This document shows positions 1-10,405 of a DNA stretch of 64,000 bases, piece by piece; position 1 is the first letter of the stretch, and every line of letters starts with the position of its first letter. The notes under the pieces were generated by a model that worked only from the letters and a program-made list of their open reading frames with translations, was not told the DNA's origin and did no database searches. Source of the DNA: a bacterium (lineage in GTDB: Bacteria > Electryoneota > Electryoneia > Electryoneales > Electryoneaceae). The stretch spans positions 3,808,001 to 3,872,000 of the forward strand of contig OY769902.1 of the NCBI GenBank assembly GCA_963669175.1, read 5' to 3'. A program made the position numbers and the translations under genes.

Positions 1-199
1 GCCTTCCCGCTGTGAACATGGACCGGGAATGGTGGCTGTACCCTTTTTCTTGAGAGCAGGCAGGAATTACACGGAAAAGGGGACAGTTTCTTTTCCAAAA
101 GCAAGGCGATAGAGTTCAGGTTATAGCGAGAGGAAAAGGATCCCGTCCCCTTTTCCCGGCAATCTCTATTGTGACGGAATAAAATCAAGAACAGCTATA
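1..199. repeat. Partial copy of dispersed AAAAGGG(G/T)ACAGT..CTTTT hairpin element (family A, MITE-like)
   Basis: Colinear with 62690-62890 and with the reverse complement of 20600-20780; ends in ...AGAACAGCTATA. Confidence 0.8.
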
Positions 200-232
200 C
201 TATCCTGATGGAAAACACTGACGCTAACTTTG

Positions 233-442
233 ACATCCAAGTGTTTCCTTGCAACAACTCCAACATCTAAGTGTTTCCTGTCAACAACTCCAACATCCAA
301 GTGTTTCCTTGCAACAACTCCAACATCCAAGTGTTTCCTTGCAACAACTCCAACATCCAAGTGTTTCCTGTCAACAACTCCAACATCCAAGTGTTTCCTG
401 TCAACAACTCCAACATCCAAGTGTTTCCTTGCAACAACTCCA
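233..442. repeat. 30-bp tandem array, 7 copies
   Basis: Unit GTGTTTCCT(TG/GT)CAACAACTCCAACATCCAA; two variants interleaved; runs into palindrome ACTCCAAAGGAGT (437-449). Confidence 0.95.
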
Positions 443-603
443 AAGGAGTACCAATAAACTCTGGGCTTTTAACTCCATCTTCCACGCAAGAAAATAGCCA
501 ATCAAAAGCATACTCTCCGTCGAAGTACGAATAAACTCTGGGTTTTTACCCCCGTCTTCCATGCAAGATAATAACCAAATAAAAGCATACTCTCCGTCGG
601 AGT
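437..603. repeat. 77-bp direct repeat x2 bounded by CTCC-NNN-G(G/A)AG mini-palindromes
   Basis: AATAAACTCTGGG at 453 and 530; TACTCTCCGTCG at 511 and 588. Confidence 0.8.
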
Positions 604-638
604 CCCCAAAAACATATTCGGTGTATAATGTGGATTAC

Positions 639-676
639 AAAAAAACACCGCATGAACCTATCGGCTCATGCGGTGT
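639..676 (-). terminator. Rho-independent terminator of dnaK
   Basis: ACACCGCATGA/TCATGCGGTGT stem with A-run on the left (U-tail on minus strand). Confidence 0.8.
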
Positions 677-748
677 GATCTATCGAGAATCCGCGCTATT
701 GAACTGACTCAAATGGATCAATCCAATAGACAACGGGACGTTGCGAGG

Positions 749-2686
749 TTATTTTTTCTCGTCTTCGTCGTCGATGACTTCGTAGTCAGCGGTTTCCACA
801 TCGGGCTCGTCCTTGCCGGAGTCGTCGCCTGCCGCGCCTGCACCACCCATATTGTTGGGATCGAAACCTTCAGCGCCGGGCTGGCCGCCTGCGGCTTCAT
901 ACATCTTGGTGGAAGCTTCGCTCCAGGCCTTCGCCAAGGATTCATCAGCCGCCTTGATCGCATCCAGATCAGTACCCTTCAACGCTGTTTCCAGCTTCTC
1001 GACCTCTTCCTCGATCTTCTGCTTGAATTCTGCCGGGATCTTGTCGCCCAGTTCTTCAAGCTGCTTACGTGTCTGGTGCGCCTTGGCATCCGCGGAATTG
1101 CGCGTGTCTACTTCGTCACGACGCTGCTTGTCTTCATCAGCATGTTTCTTGGCTTCAGATTTCATCGCCTCGATCTCGTCCTTGGTCAGGCCGGAAGACG
1201 CTTCAATCTTGATGCTCTGTTCCTTGCCGGTGGCCTTGTCCTTCGCGGAGACGGACAGGATGCCGTTGGCGTCAATATCAAAGCTGACTTCGATCTGCGG
1301 TACACCACGTGGCGCCGGCGGGATTCCGGTCAACTGGAAGCGTCCGATAGTCTTGTTATCGCCTGCCATGGGACGTTCGCCCTGCAGCACGTGGATATCA
1401 ACCGTGGTCTGGCTGTCAGACGCGGTTGAGAAGACTTCCTGCCGACGGGTCGGGATCGTGGTGTTCGCTTCAATCAAGCGGGTCATGACACCACCCAGGG
1501 TCTCGATACCCAAGGACAACGGGGTCACGTCCAGCAGGACCACATCCTGCACATCACCGGTCATGATACCGCCCTGAATCGCCGCGCCGATGGCGACAAC
1601 TTCGTCCGGGTTCACGCCCTTATGCGGTTTCCTGCCGAAGAACTTCTCGACCATTTCCTGGATCACGGGGATACGTGTCGAACCACCGACCAGGATAACT
1701 TCGTTGACATCGCCCGGCTTCATGCGCGCATCTTTGAGCGCCTTCTTGCAGGGTTCGATGGAACGCTGCACCAGGTCATCCACCATGGCCTCAAACTTGG
1801 CACGGCTCAAGGTCATGTCAAGGTGCTTCGGACCTTCCTGGGTCGCCGTGATAAACGGCAGGTTGATTTGGGTCTGTGTGCTGGAAGAAAGCTCGATCTT
1901 GGCCTTTTCAGCGGCTTCTTTCAAACGCTGCAACGCCATCTTGTCCTTCTTCAGGTCGATGCCGTTTTCCTTCTTGAACTCTTCGGCCAGCCAGTCGATG
2001 ATACGCTGGTCAAAGTCATCACCGCCCAAATGTGTGTCGCCATTGGTCGATTTTACTTCGAAAACACCATCACCGATATCGAGGATGGAGATATCAAAGG
2101 TACCGCCGCCAAGGTCATACACCGCGACCTTCTCATCTTTCTTCTTGTCCAGACCGTACGCCAACGCCGCCGCGGTCGGCTCGTTGATGATACGTTCTAC
2201 CTTCAGCCCGGCGATCTCACCGGCGTCCTTGGTTGCCTGACGCTGTGAATCGTTGAAGTATGCCGGAACCGTGATCACCGCGCTGGTGACCTTTTCGCCA
2301 AGATAATCTTCTGCAGACTGCTTCATCTTCTGCAGGACCATCGCGCTGATTTCTGGCGGGGTGTAACTCTTGTCATCTATTTTTACCTGCGCCAGTCCGT
2401 TGGAACCATTCATGACCTCATAAGGCACAGATTCAATTTCCGATCCTACTTCCTGCCGCTTCCGGCCCATGAACCGCTTGATCGAGAAAATGGTCTTCTC
2501 GGGGTTGGTGATCGCCTGACGTTTGGCGGGTGCGCCAACCAGACGTTCGCCGGACTTGGTAAAGGCTACGACGGATGGAGTTGTACGTGCGCCTTCTGCG
2601 TTCTGGATAACCGTAGGTTCGCCACCCTCCATCACTGCTACGCAGGAGTTGGTCGTGCCCAGGTCAATTCCAATTACCTTACCCAT
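749..2686 (-). CDS. dnaK: Chaperone DnaK (Hsp70)
   Basis: [30 protein letters not shown] motifs; start set at MGKVIG, preceded by GAGGG. Confidence 0.99.
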   Translation of the reverse strand: MGKVIGIDLGTTNSCVAVMEGGEPTVIQNAEGARTTPSVVAFTKSGERLVGAPAKRQAITNPEKTIFSIKRFMGRKRQEVGSEIESVPYEVMNGSNGLAQVKIDDKSYTPPEISAMVLQKMKQSAEDYLGEKVTSAVITVPAYFNDSQRQATKDAGEIAGLKVERIINEPTAAALAYGLDKKKDEKVAVYDLGGGTFDISILDIGDGVFEVKSTNGDTHLGGDDFDQRIIDWLAEEFKKENGIDLKKDKMALQRLKEAAEKAKIELSSSTQTQINLPFITATQEGPKHLDMTLSRAKFEAMVDDLVQRSIEPCKKALKDARMKPGDVNEVILVGGSTRIPVIQEMVEKFFGRKPHKGVNPDEVVAIGAAIQGGIMTGDVQDVVLLDVTPLSLGIETLGGVMTRLIEANTTIPTRRQEVFSTASDSQTTVDIHVLQGERPMAGDNKTIGRFQLTGIPPAPRGVPQIEVSFDIDANGILSVSAKDKATGKEQSIKIEASSGLTKDEIEAMKSEAKKHADEDKQRRDEVDTRNSADAKAHQTRKQLEELGDKIPAEFKQKIEEEVEKLETALKGTDLDAIKAADESLAKAWSEASTKMYEAAGGQPGAEGFDPNNMGGAGAAGDDSGKDEPDVETADYEVIDDEDEKK

Positions 2687-2747
2687 GGTTGTTACCCTCA
2701 TGTATTTTTGTTCAAGTTTACGCGTTTTGACGTTCGCAAAAACGGTA

Positions 2748-2763
2748 TGCAAGGGGTGTGCCA
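2748..2763 (-). promoter_or_regulatory. Sigma-54 (-24/-12) promoter upstream of dnaK
   Basis: Minus strand TGGCACACCCCTTGCA matches TGGCAC-N5-TTGCA with exact GG-N10-GC spacing, about 60 bp from the start codon. Confidence 0.7.
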
Positions 2764-3076
2764 TGTTGGTTTATCAGCGTCGTTTCAAGGGATGGGATTG
2801 GAGGCGAAACTTCACAAGACGGAATTCACAAACCGCTAATTGGCGTTTATACTGGCGAGTATGGTTTTCTTACCCATGTACACGTCTGTGAGATTGCACA
2901 TTCAGGATGTTATTTGACCGCAATTTGTTATAAATCAGAAAAGCTGTCCTTACCAAACTACCTGCCATTCTTCTGCCATATTGACAGAAATACATTCTAT
3001 AATCTATTGTTTTGTTATGATTTACATTCATCTCCACAAAGAACCTGTCCAGTACTAATCCATAATACAGTTGTTT

Positions 3077-3116
3077 ATCCTTGGCATCCTTCTCATCCTG
3101 TCTATCCTGTAAATTC
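3077..3116. repeat. 9-bp-period ATCCT motif x4
   Basis: ATCC at 3077, 3086, 3095, 3104. Confidence 0.55.
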
Positions 3117-3145
3117 AATCGAGATAAAATTCAACTCGTAAAATC

Positions 3146-3748
3146 TCAGATTGTATCCAACAGGGATCTTGCAGCATCTACTCCCGGTGCATTCAGCCGA
3201 TCACGCATGGTATCAAGCAATTTGTTCAACATCTCCATATTCGCGCCAACCCGAAGTGAACCGCGCAAATGACTGTGTAATTGACGGGGACGTTGTTTGA
3301 CTGTCAAAACCGCAACATTAACCAGCTCACGTTCGCGTGTGTCCAGAATCCCACGTGACAACACCTTGCCATACCCTTCAACAATCATCCACCGTGCCAA
3401 CTCTGGTGTAGCGGCACGTGCATTCGCCTGCAACTTGCCTGATACATTGCCATAAATCTTCTGGTACAGTTCCCAACCTCGTTCCTGCCAGGTTTCCCAC
3501 TCGGCAAAGTCCCCTTCCTCCACAGGTTCCGGTGTGCCGGGCCAAACCTTCGCCAGCAGGACCATGCCCTCCAGCGCTGTCGGATACCCATCGAAGAGAT
3601 AAGTTTGCAGGATAGCTTCACGTATGGCCTCACGTTCAACTCCCGCATCACGCGACTCTGCAATGATTTTTTCCGCTTCACTATCCTGTTGCAGTACAAG
3701 TGCGGCAGCGAGAGTAGCAATCTGAATGGTATTGGTATCGGTAGACAT
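3146..3748 (-). CDS. Carboxymuconolactone decarboxylase/AhpD-like family protein
   Basis: EAILQTYLFDGYP, YGKVLSRGILDTRERELV, QLHSHLRGSLRVG; start MSTDT after GAGGAA. Confidence 0.85.
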   Translation of the reverse strand: MSTDTNTIQIATLAAALVLQQDSEAEKIIAESRDAGVEREAIREAILQTYLFDGYPTALEGMVLLAKVWPGTPEPVEEGDFAEWETWQERGWELYQKIYGNVSGKLQANARAATPELARWMIVEGYGKVLSRGILDTRERELVNVAVLTVKQRPRQLHSHLRGSLRVGANMEMLNKLLDTMRDRLNAPGVDAARSLLDTI

Positions 3749-3935
3749 GGTTTCCTCTGTTTGTCGGCGTGAACCTACGTTTTTCCAATGGCATTTTCCA
3801 GTGTGAAGTATCATATTCTGGAGTTGGAGGTTCGTCTCGAAGAGCGCCGAGACGGCTGCGACCTGTTCTCGCCGGAGAGCGTCTTGTGGTTGAACCGCAA
3901 AGATATTCACCGGTGAGGTTCACTGGAAAGGCGCC

Positions 3936-4451
3936 ATGGATTTTGAACAGTTGGTAAAACCGGTCTACCCGGAACTGCTACGCTACGCTCGTGCGATGGC
4001 GGGCTCGGTTTCCGATGGGGATGATCTGCTGCAGACCGCCTTAATCAAGGGCTGGCGTGGACTGAAAAGCCTGCGTGATGAAGCCGGGTTCAAGGTCTGG
4101 ATGCTGCGAATCCTGCGGAACACCTACCGCAGCCAGAAACGAAAAAAGTGGCTGCGAAACCTGGTATCGCTGGAAGCTGTCGGTGACAAAGCGGCAGACA
4201 CATCGCTTCCCTTCGAAGAGAAGGAAGCTGTAAGGCTGGCTCTGCAGGGATTACCAGCTCAGCAACGGGAAGCGGTGGTGTTGTTCGAAGTTCTTGGGCT
4301 CAGTGTAAACGAAGTCGCATCCGTACAAAAGGCAAGTCCGTCCGCTGTAAAAAGCCGTCTGTCACGAGGACGCGCGAAATTGCGAGAACGGTACCTGGCA
4401 CTAACTGAAGAGGAGACTGGACATGAAGGAAAAATTGCCCAGGCAAGTTGA
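3936..4451 (+). CDS. ECF RNA polymerase sigma factor
   Basis: Region 2 (DDLLQ..FKVWMLRILRN) and region 4 (LPAQQREAVVL..SVNEVA..VKSRLSRGR). Confidence 0.93.
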   Translation: MDFEQLVKPVYPELLRYARAMAGSVSDGDDLLQTALIKGWRGLKSLRDEAGFKVWMLRILRNTYRSQKRKKWLRNLVSLEAVGDKAADTSLPFEEKEAVRLALQGLPAQQREAVVLFEVLGLSVNEVASVQKASPSAVKSRLSRGRAKLRERYLALTEEETGHEGKIAQAS

Positions 4452-5208
4452 GCGGGGACTCCAGGACCTCGCGACAGAAGAGCCGGAACCGTTTCACTAT
4501 GAGCGTACCATGACACGGGTAAAAGCGGCGGCCTCCAACTCGAGGAGAGAACGAACCATGAAGACCCTGATCAGTACAGCCGTAGGTTTCGGTGTTGTGG
4601 CCGCCATATTCCTGGCCCTGGTATTCATCCCGGCAACCTATACAGTAACGCTTGGAAGCATTGTAACCGTACAACTTCCTACTCTTGAAATCCCACAGGA
4701 TGAGATCCTTTCTGCTACAGCAGGCATTGAAGGGGTCACATCCAGCACAATCAGCATGACTAACGACCAGCTTCAGCTCAATTTCGCTTTTAACGGTGTT
4801 GAGAAAAAAGAAGCGGAGAAACGTATTCGTACTGCCATGACCGACCTGGTCAGCGATGTAAACTCCTTGACCATGACCTCTGACAACGTGACCGTGGAAG
4901 CGGGCGGCAACGCTCTTGCAGCCTTGACTGGCGGTCATATCACCATTAACGCTCGTGGCATGAATGACGAAGAAATTGAAGCCGCCATTGTTGCAGAGCT
5001 TCAAGCTCATCTTGGCGCTGGTGGCAGCTATTATGTGGATGTCAACAGCAATGAAAGCGGCGAGATGACAATTCAGATCGAAGCGACAGCCGGGCCAGGT
5101 GAAGACCTTCCGGAAGAGTTTCAAATCAATGTTGAAGCTGGTGATGTCCCGTCGAATGGGCAGCGTCGGGTCGAACGCCGGATCATACATGAAACAGAAG
5201 ATGAGTAA
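4423..5208 (+). CDS. Putative single-pass membrane anti-sigma factor
   Basis: Overlaps the ECF gene 3' end; short N-terminal segment, TM helix (AVGFGVVAAIFLALVFIP), acidic extracytoplasmic part. Confidence 0.65.
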   Translation: MKEKLPRQVERGLQDLATEEPEPFHYERTMTRVKAAASNSRRERTMKTLISTAVGFGVVAAIFLALVFIPATYTVTLGSIVTVQLPTLEIPQDEILSATAGIEGVTSSTISMTNDQLQLNFAFNGVEKKEAEKRIRTAMTDLVSDVNSLTMTSDNVTVEAGGNALAALTGGHITINARGMNDEEIEAAIVAELQAHLGAGGSYYVDVNSNESGEMTIQIEATAGPGEDLPEEFQINVEAGDVPSNGQRRVERRIIHETEDE

Positions 5209-5236
5209 AGTCTTCCTTTAGACTCTCATCAACCGG

Positions 5237-5272
5237 AAAACGGGCGCTCACGCAAGTGAACGCCCGTTTTTT
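5237..5272 (+). terminator. Rho-independent terminator
   Basis: AAAACGGGCG..CGCCCGTTTTTT. Confidence 0.8.
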
Positions 5273-5396
5273 CTTTACTGATCTTCCAAACCATGTCATC
5301 CCCGCCTTGTACGCCGAGGTGTATTGACCGGGAATCTCGTCATATTACTGGCGGAACCCAGCCGGACAGATGCCGAAAGGCGCACAAATGGCCGGG

Positions 5397-6284
5397 CTAC
5401 TTCTGCATCCAGTCCGCCGCCTTGACAGTACTCTTCATCAGCATGGCGACTGTCATGGGACCAACTCCGCCGGGAACCGGGGTGATATACGAAGCGCGTT
5501 CTTTCGCGACATTAAACTCGACATCTCCAACCAGGCGATACCCACGTTTCTTTGTAGCGTCTTCCACACGGTTCACGCCCACATCAATCACCACCGCCCC
5601 TTCCTTGATCCAGTCCCCTTTGACAAACTGAGGTGAACCGATGGCGGCAATCACGATATCTGCGGAACGAACCATCTCCGGCAGGTTCTGGGTACGGCTA
5701 TGGCAAATAGTAACCGTTGCATTAGCGCCTTTCGCTTTCTGTTTCAGGAGGAGCGCCATCGGAGTGCCGACAATATGGCTGCGACCGATAACCACCGCAT
5801 GCTTGCCCGAGGGATCGATGTTGTAGCGGTTCAGCAATTCCATGATACCCAACGGGGTACACGCGACAAAACGTGGCTGTTCCAGCGCCAGCAACCCGAC
5901 ATTGTACGGATGGAACCCGTCCACGTCCTTTTCCGGGCGAATAGCTCGAACGACTTCATCCTCATCAAGATGCTTCGGAACTGGCGATTGTACCAGGAGA
6001 CCGTGAAAACGGGTATCCTCGTTTATTTCGTTGACTCGCCTGAGTAGTTCTTCCTGCGTCGTGTCTTCCGGCATCTGCATTACGAGCGACAGAATTCCCA
6101 GCTCTTCACAGGCCTTCTGTTTCATACCGACATATACTTTGGATGCCGGATCGGATCCCACAAGAATCAACGCCAATCCTGGTTGATACCCATTGGCGAT
6201 CCGTTTCGCAACTTCTTCCTTCAGTTCCGCACGAAGATCTGCGGCGACCTGCTTCCCATCTATAATGTTTCCAAGAGTAGGCAT
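5397..6284 (-). CDS. folD: Methylenetetrahydrofolate dehydrogenase/cyclohydrolase
   Basis: [31 protein letters not shown]; start MPTLG after GGAGG. Confidence 0.97.
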   Translation of the reverse strand: MPTLGNIIDGKQVAADLRAELKEEVAKRIANGYQPGLALILVGSDPASKVYVGMKQKACEELGILSLVMQMPEDTTQEELLRRVNEINEDTRFHGLLVQSPVPKHLDEDEVVRAIRPEKDVDGFHPYNVGLLALEQPRFVACTPLGIMELLNRYNIDPSGKHAVVIGRSHIVGTPMALLLKQKAKGANATVTICHSRTQNLPEMVRSADIVIAAIGSPQFVKGDWIKEGAVVIDVGVNRVEDATKKRGYRLVGDVEFNVAKERASYITPVPGGVGPMTVAMLMKSTVKAADWMQK

Positions 6285-6285
6285 G

Positions 6286-7248
6286 TTACCTCCCGTTTTC
6301 CTGTTCCCGTGTTCCTTCAAATCCGGCCAGATAGGGTTGTGAATAGAGATAGAACACCATGTAGTCAAAAACCAGGTCCGGCCAGGGTAATGTGGGCGCT
6401 TTTATATAGCACCATTTTACAAGTTGATATAGATAGGGGTTCAGTAGCGCTCGTACAACAGCACGGCGAGCCTCCTTTTTTACCCCCTCCTGCCTGTCAA
6501 GAATAGAAAGTGTAAGTAAGTCCTTTATTTCCGGGTGCAGGGAAATCAACTTCGGGACAGTCATCTTCCCGTATTCCCTGTATCGCCCTTCTGCCTTCAG
6601 CCAGGTTATATCATGTGAATGCAACACCCAGGCACGAGGATCATAGTGTAAAGCCGCACCGGCCTTCTCGAACCGTATCCCCAGCTCGAGGTCTTCACCG
6701 CCCCACGATGAAATATCGGCGTTAAAACCACCGGTACGTTCCAGCAGCGAACGAGGCACAGCCGAGGTGCAGGTAGTGAAGTACTTTCCGGGCACACGTT
6801 CGCCGAAGTTATGCTTTGCAGCGCCACGTGTATGGTAGTATTTCAGATACGCAGTCAGGTTCATGTCCGGATGCGGTATCAGCCTGCCCACGATAACACC
6901 GCCACTTTCTCGAACCCCACGGACCAGGGTTTCAATCCATAACCGGTTCGCCTGGGTATCGGCATCCAGAAACCCGATGATGTCGCTTTTGGCTGCTTCG
7001 ATCCCACGGTTCCGTACCCTGGCCCGTCCCTCATGAGTCGGGGCTTGAATAAAATGAAGTCGAAACGGCAGACTCTCTGGTTTGGTCACCCACTCAGGCA
7101 AGGGCTTCGTACTGGCATCGTCAATGATGATCCACTCATACCTGTCTTCAGGCCATGATTGCACAACCAAGCTGTCCCGTAAACGAGTCAGGTTTTCCGA
7201 ATCGTTCCGGTGGGCTGTTACTATGCTTATGTCGTATGTTTTGGGCAT
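6286..7248 (-). CDS. Glycosyltransferase family 2
   Basis: [25 protein letters not shown] motifs. Confidence 0.92.
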   Translation of the reverse strand: MPKTYDISIVTAHRNDSENLTRLRDSLVVQSWPEDRYEWIIIDDASTKPLPEWVTKPESLPFRLHFIQAPTHEGRARVRNRGIEAAKSDIIGFLDADTQANRLWIETLVRGVRESGGVIVGRLIPHPDMNLTAYLKYYHTRGAAKHNFGERVPGKYFTTCTSAVPRSLLERTGGFNADISSWGGEDLELGIRFEKAGAALHYDPRAWVLHSHDITWLKAEGRYREYGKMTVPKLISLHPEIKDLLTLSILDRQEGVKKEARRAVVRALLNPYLYQLVKWCYIKAPTLPWPDLVFDYMVFYLYSQPYLAGFEGTREQENGR

Positions 7249-7254
7249 CTTTGT

Positions 7255-7334
7255 AAGTTGGAAAGTTGAAAAGTTCTAAAGTTGTAAAGTTATAAAGTTG
7301 TAAAGTTGTAAAGTTGTAAAGTTGTAAAGTTGAT
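7255..7334. repeat. 8-bp tandem repeat (AAGTTGTA), about 10 copies
   Basis: Direct reading; begins 6 bp upstream of the GT2 start codon. Confidence 0.9.
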
Positions 7335-7392
7335 CAATATAAAAACTCATCTACAGCCAAAGCACAACAAGCTCTATCCAAATCTTCTTTTC

Positions 7393-7463
7393 AATTCTTA
7401 ATTCTTAATTTTTAATTCTTAATTCCAGAGAAATTCCTAATTCCTAATTACTAATTCCTAATT
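7393..7463. repeat. Two heptamer blocks (AATTCTT)n and (AATTCCT)n
   Basis: Direct reading; a related block lies at about 62950-62982. Confidence 0.85.
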
Positions 7464-7468
7464 AAGCA

Positions 7469-8497
7469 TCACACTTTCATTGCCTTCAAGTATTCCGCCG
7501 CCTGCTCCGGGGCCATGGGATTAATATACAGTCCGGTCCCCAGTTCGAAGCCGGCGTAACTGCCCAGGCGTGGCACAATTTCAATATGCCAGTGCCAGTC
7601 ATAGGGAACAGTTTTCCAGCGTGTTGGCTGTGGTTCAAAGGTTTCCATGTTGGGGCAATTGTGCAGCATCAGGTTGTATGGAGGATCTTCCAGGCCGATA
7701 GCCATTCTTTGCAGAGCTTCCTGCAATACTTCCGCCAGTTGCTGAAGGTCATCATAGCCGGTATTACGGTAGTCGCAAGAATGGTAACGTGGCATGACAG
7801 TCATCTCGAAGGGCGAACGGCTGGCGTATGGCACAAAGGCAATGAATCGGTCCCGTTCGACAACAATCCTGCGGTTTTCACGCAATTCCTGCTTCATGAT
7901 ATCGCAAAACAGGCAGCGTTCCTTGTCCTCGAAATATTTGCCCGCAGAATCCATTTCCACAGCTATCAATTGTGGCGTAATGGGTAATGCGACAATCTGC
8001 GAATGCGGATGGGACATGCTCGCCCCAGCACGGTTCCCATGATTCCGGAAGACAAGCACATAGCGGAAACGGCGATCGCGCATCAAGTCGATCAACCGTT
8101 CCCGCCATGCCTTCAACACATCCACCACCTGGCTGGTCGGCATGCTGGCAAAGTCATCCGTTGGGTTGGGTGACTCCACCACCAGTTCATGTGCGCCGAC
8201 ACCGTTCAAGCGGTCATATACCCCGATCCCCTCACGGTCCAGGCTTCCCTCGACCTTGAGTACCGGGTATTTATTGGGCATCACTCGTAGCGTCCAACCA
8301 GGCTGGTTCGGTTTACTGTTCTTATCCCGAACCGCGTAAATCTCCGGCATGGTCTCCCCTTCCCTGCCGGGCAGGAAAGGATTGTCATCGTCATTGATTT
8401 CAGGTTTGGCTTCAATGAAATCCGATGGTCGCCGGGTTCGTTGCGGTGCGATAATCACATACCGGCGCTGCACCGGGTCATGACGCATTTCGGGCAC
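7469..8497 (-). CDS. galT: Galactose-1-phosphate uridylyltransferase family (GalT-like)
   Basis: R..RP, NKYP, GAHELVVE, GASMSHPHSQ, GFELGTG motifs. Confidence 0.9.
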   Translation of the reverse strand: MPEMRHDPVQRRYVIIAPQRTRRPSDFIEAKPEINDDDNPFLPGREGETMPEIYAVRDKNSKPNQPGWTLRVMPNKYPVLKVEGSLDREGIGVYDRLNGVGAHELVVESPNPTDDFASMPTSQVVDVLKAWRERLIDLMRDRRFRYVLVFRNHGNRAGASMSHPHSQIVALPITPQLIAVEMDSAGKYFEDKERCLFCDIMKQELRENRRIVVERDRFIAFVPYASRSPFEMTVMPRYHSCDYRNTGYDDLQQLAEVLQEALQRMAIGLEDPPYNLMLHNCPNMETFEPQPTRWKTVPYDWHWHIEIVPRLGSYAGFELGTGLYINPMAPEQAAEYLKAMKV

Positions 8498-8509
8498 GAT
8501 ACCCCCTTG

Positions 8510-10231
8510 TTACGCCCAGTTTTTCGGCTCCACATCCTTGAACAGGACATCACGTTCGCAGATCGCGCTATACCGTTCCTGCTCTTCTTCAGTCAATTCC
8601 TGGTTACTGGCCAGCTTTTCGACAACCGTCGCAACCAAATCGAAGTCTCGAACATGCTGAGTGAACCGAAGTTCTGCGTAATCCTGTGCCGCAACAGTGC
8701 TGATCAGGAACTGCCAGTCGCTGGATTCCATCAGCAGGAGCTCACGTGCAAGCTGCTGCATCGCATGGTACAGATCACCATAGCTGTCGCTGTATTTACG
8801 GGCGAACTCAGTCATCTTCTTTTCGCAGCGGTAGATTTCCGGCCAGGTCCACTTGGTGTTGTCGTTGTACCAGATATAGTGGAAACCACCCTCGCCCCAG
8901 GAACCTTCCGGAAGCTGAACCACCGGCGCCTGATCCGGAGCAACCATGATCTCACTTCCGGTCGAAGCAGTCAGATTTGGGGAATCGTCGACTTGAGCAA
9001 GCACTTTCTCCAGCCAGCGCGGCCCTTCAAACCACCAATGTCCGAACAGTTCCGTATCAAACGGGCTCATAACCATTCGGTCTGTAGACGGAATGCTGTC
9101 CGATTCCTTCAGCACTGTTGTCAGCAGATTGACGTAATGGTCAGCGTTTTCCTGCAAGCGCTTTTCCACCGAATTCACGCTGTACAGTTCTTTTTCGCCC
9201 AGATCGGCAGAGGCTTTTGTTACACGCCAGTAACGATGCCCGCCCGGGAAATGCTTCTTGTGGAAATCCAGGTAATTGCCATCACCGGGATAACCGTATT
9301 CACCGGACCAGACCTGGAGGCTGGTTTTGGGATCACGGGTCAGAATACCGACCGGTTCTCCGCCAAGTGTTGTATCTGCCAGCCAGTACGGACGGTACGG
9401 GGTTTTCTCAACCTCTTCGTCACGCACCTGTTCTTTCATCCCGGTTTCGGCCTGTTCCCAGAGCTGACGCAAGCCTTCAAAACGATTGAGGTACACACCC
9501 AACGCCTTGCCGCCCTTCAGCAGGTGAGTATCCACGATGAAATAACGGATGCCGTATTTCTTCAGATACTGTTCAACACCGGTACGGTCAAAGCCATCAC
9601 TTTCATCCCCTTCCGGCGGAATCCAGTGATAACCGGGACGATACGCACATTCCGGCAGCCAGATACCCTTGGGATCACGTCCGAAATGTTTGCGGTAGGT
9701 CTCAACACCGACCTTGATCTGCGCCTCTACCGCTTCATCCGTCCCCAGAAGGGGCAGGTAGCCATGAGTCGCTGCACAGGTGATGATCTCAATCGCGCCG
9801 TCATCCTGCAACTTGCGGAAAGCTTGCACGATATCCTGGTTCAATTCACCACGGAAGTCTTCTTCGACTCCACGATACCAGTCAATCCAGAAACGCGCGG
9901 TCTCGGCCATCTCGGTTTCTTCACGTTCCTCGAAGTCCGCCAGGTCTGTTTCCGCCGCACGACGTTTCATCTCGAGATAATCAAGGAATTCTGCCTTGAA
10001 AGTATCGTCAGAAAGCTGCTCTGCCAGTACCGGAGTAATACCGATGGTGACAGCTATCTTCCGCCCTTCGTCATTCAGCTTTTTGAACACACGCCAAAGC
10101 GGGATATAAGTCTCGGCTGCTGCTTCTGAAAGCCAGACCATACCATGCGGCCAGCGTCCATGTGAAAGGACATACGGCAAATGCGAGTGCAATACAAAAG
10201 TAAACCGTCCAAGCGATTGGTTATCGCTCAT
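8510..10231 (-). CDS. GH57 1,4-alpha-glucan branching enzyme (DUF1957)
   Basis: LHSHLPYV, ATHGYLPL, GIWLPECAY, FDTELFGHWWFEG, ESSDWQF; start could also be 10243. Confidence 0.93.
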   Translation of the reverse strand: MSDNQSLGRFTFVLHSHLPYVLSHGRWPHGMVWLSEAAAETYIPLWRVFKKLNDEGRKIAVTIGITPVLAEQLSDDTFKAEFLDYLEMKRRAAETDLADFEEREETEMAETARFWIDWYRGVEEDFRGELNQDIVQAFRKLQDDGAIEIITCAATHGYLPLLGTDEAVEAQIKVGVETYRKHFGRDPKGIWLPECAYRPGYHWIPPEGDESDGFDRTGVEQYLKKYGIRYFIVDTHLLKGGKALGVYLNRFEGLRQLWEQAETGMKEQVRDEEVEKTPYRPYWLADTTLGGEPVGILTRDPKTSLQVWSGEYGYPGDGNYLDFHKKHFPGGHRYWRVTKASADLGEKELYSVNSVEKRLQENADHYVNLLTTVLKESDSIPSTDRMVMSPFDTELFGHWWFEGPRWLEKVLAQVDDSPNLTASTGSEIMVAPDQAPVVQLPEGSWGEGGFHYIWYNDNTKWTWPEIYRCEKKMTEFARKYSDSYGDLYHAMQQLARELLLMESSDWQFLISTVAAQDYAELRFTQHVRDFDLVATVVEKLASNQELTEEEQERYSAICERDVLFKDVEPKNWA

Positions 10232-10315
10232 TTTCTTCTCCAATGAGTTAAAACTGCAGGATTCCCAGTCACGTCAAATCTGGAAACCTGTGCTTCTCTT
10301 ACCTGTTCAATGCTG

Positions 10316-10385
10316 TTCGTGTCAGGTCACAACCCGCTTCGCGTGCCAAGACCTGACACAACGCCAGAGAAGACCTGACACAACG
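10316..10385. repeat. CAGGTC/GACCTG hairpin motif (family B) with short duplication
   Basis: TGTCAGGTCACAAC ... AAGACCTGACACAACG twice; same motifs at 28838-29095, 37148-37400 and 62455-62580. Confidence 0.65.
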
Positions 10386-10405
10386 GATATCGAGCTGCGA
10401 GTTTA

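Noticed and set aside
166-534. Repetitive peptide ORFs
   Set aside because: By-products of the stop-poor 30-bp array; no RBS or coding context.
668-2248. Long + strand ORFs opposite dnaK
   Set aside because: Antisense shadows of a codon-biased gene; similar shadows occur opposite GH57, trxB, thrS and EF-G.
2870-3118. 82-aa ORF MNLQDRQDEKD..
   Set aside because: Its start is the translation of the 9-bp ATCCT repeat; the remainder has no recognisable features.
5340-5396. ZTP (pfl) riboswitch-like ACTGGCGGAA near folD
   Set aside because: Lies at the 3' end of folD on the opposite strand and lacks the GCCTGGGC pseudoknot partner.
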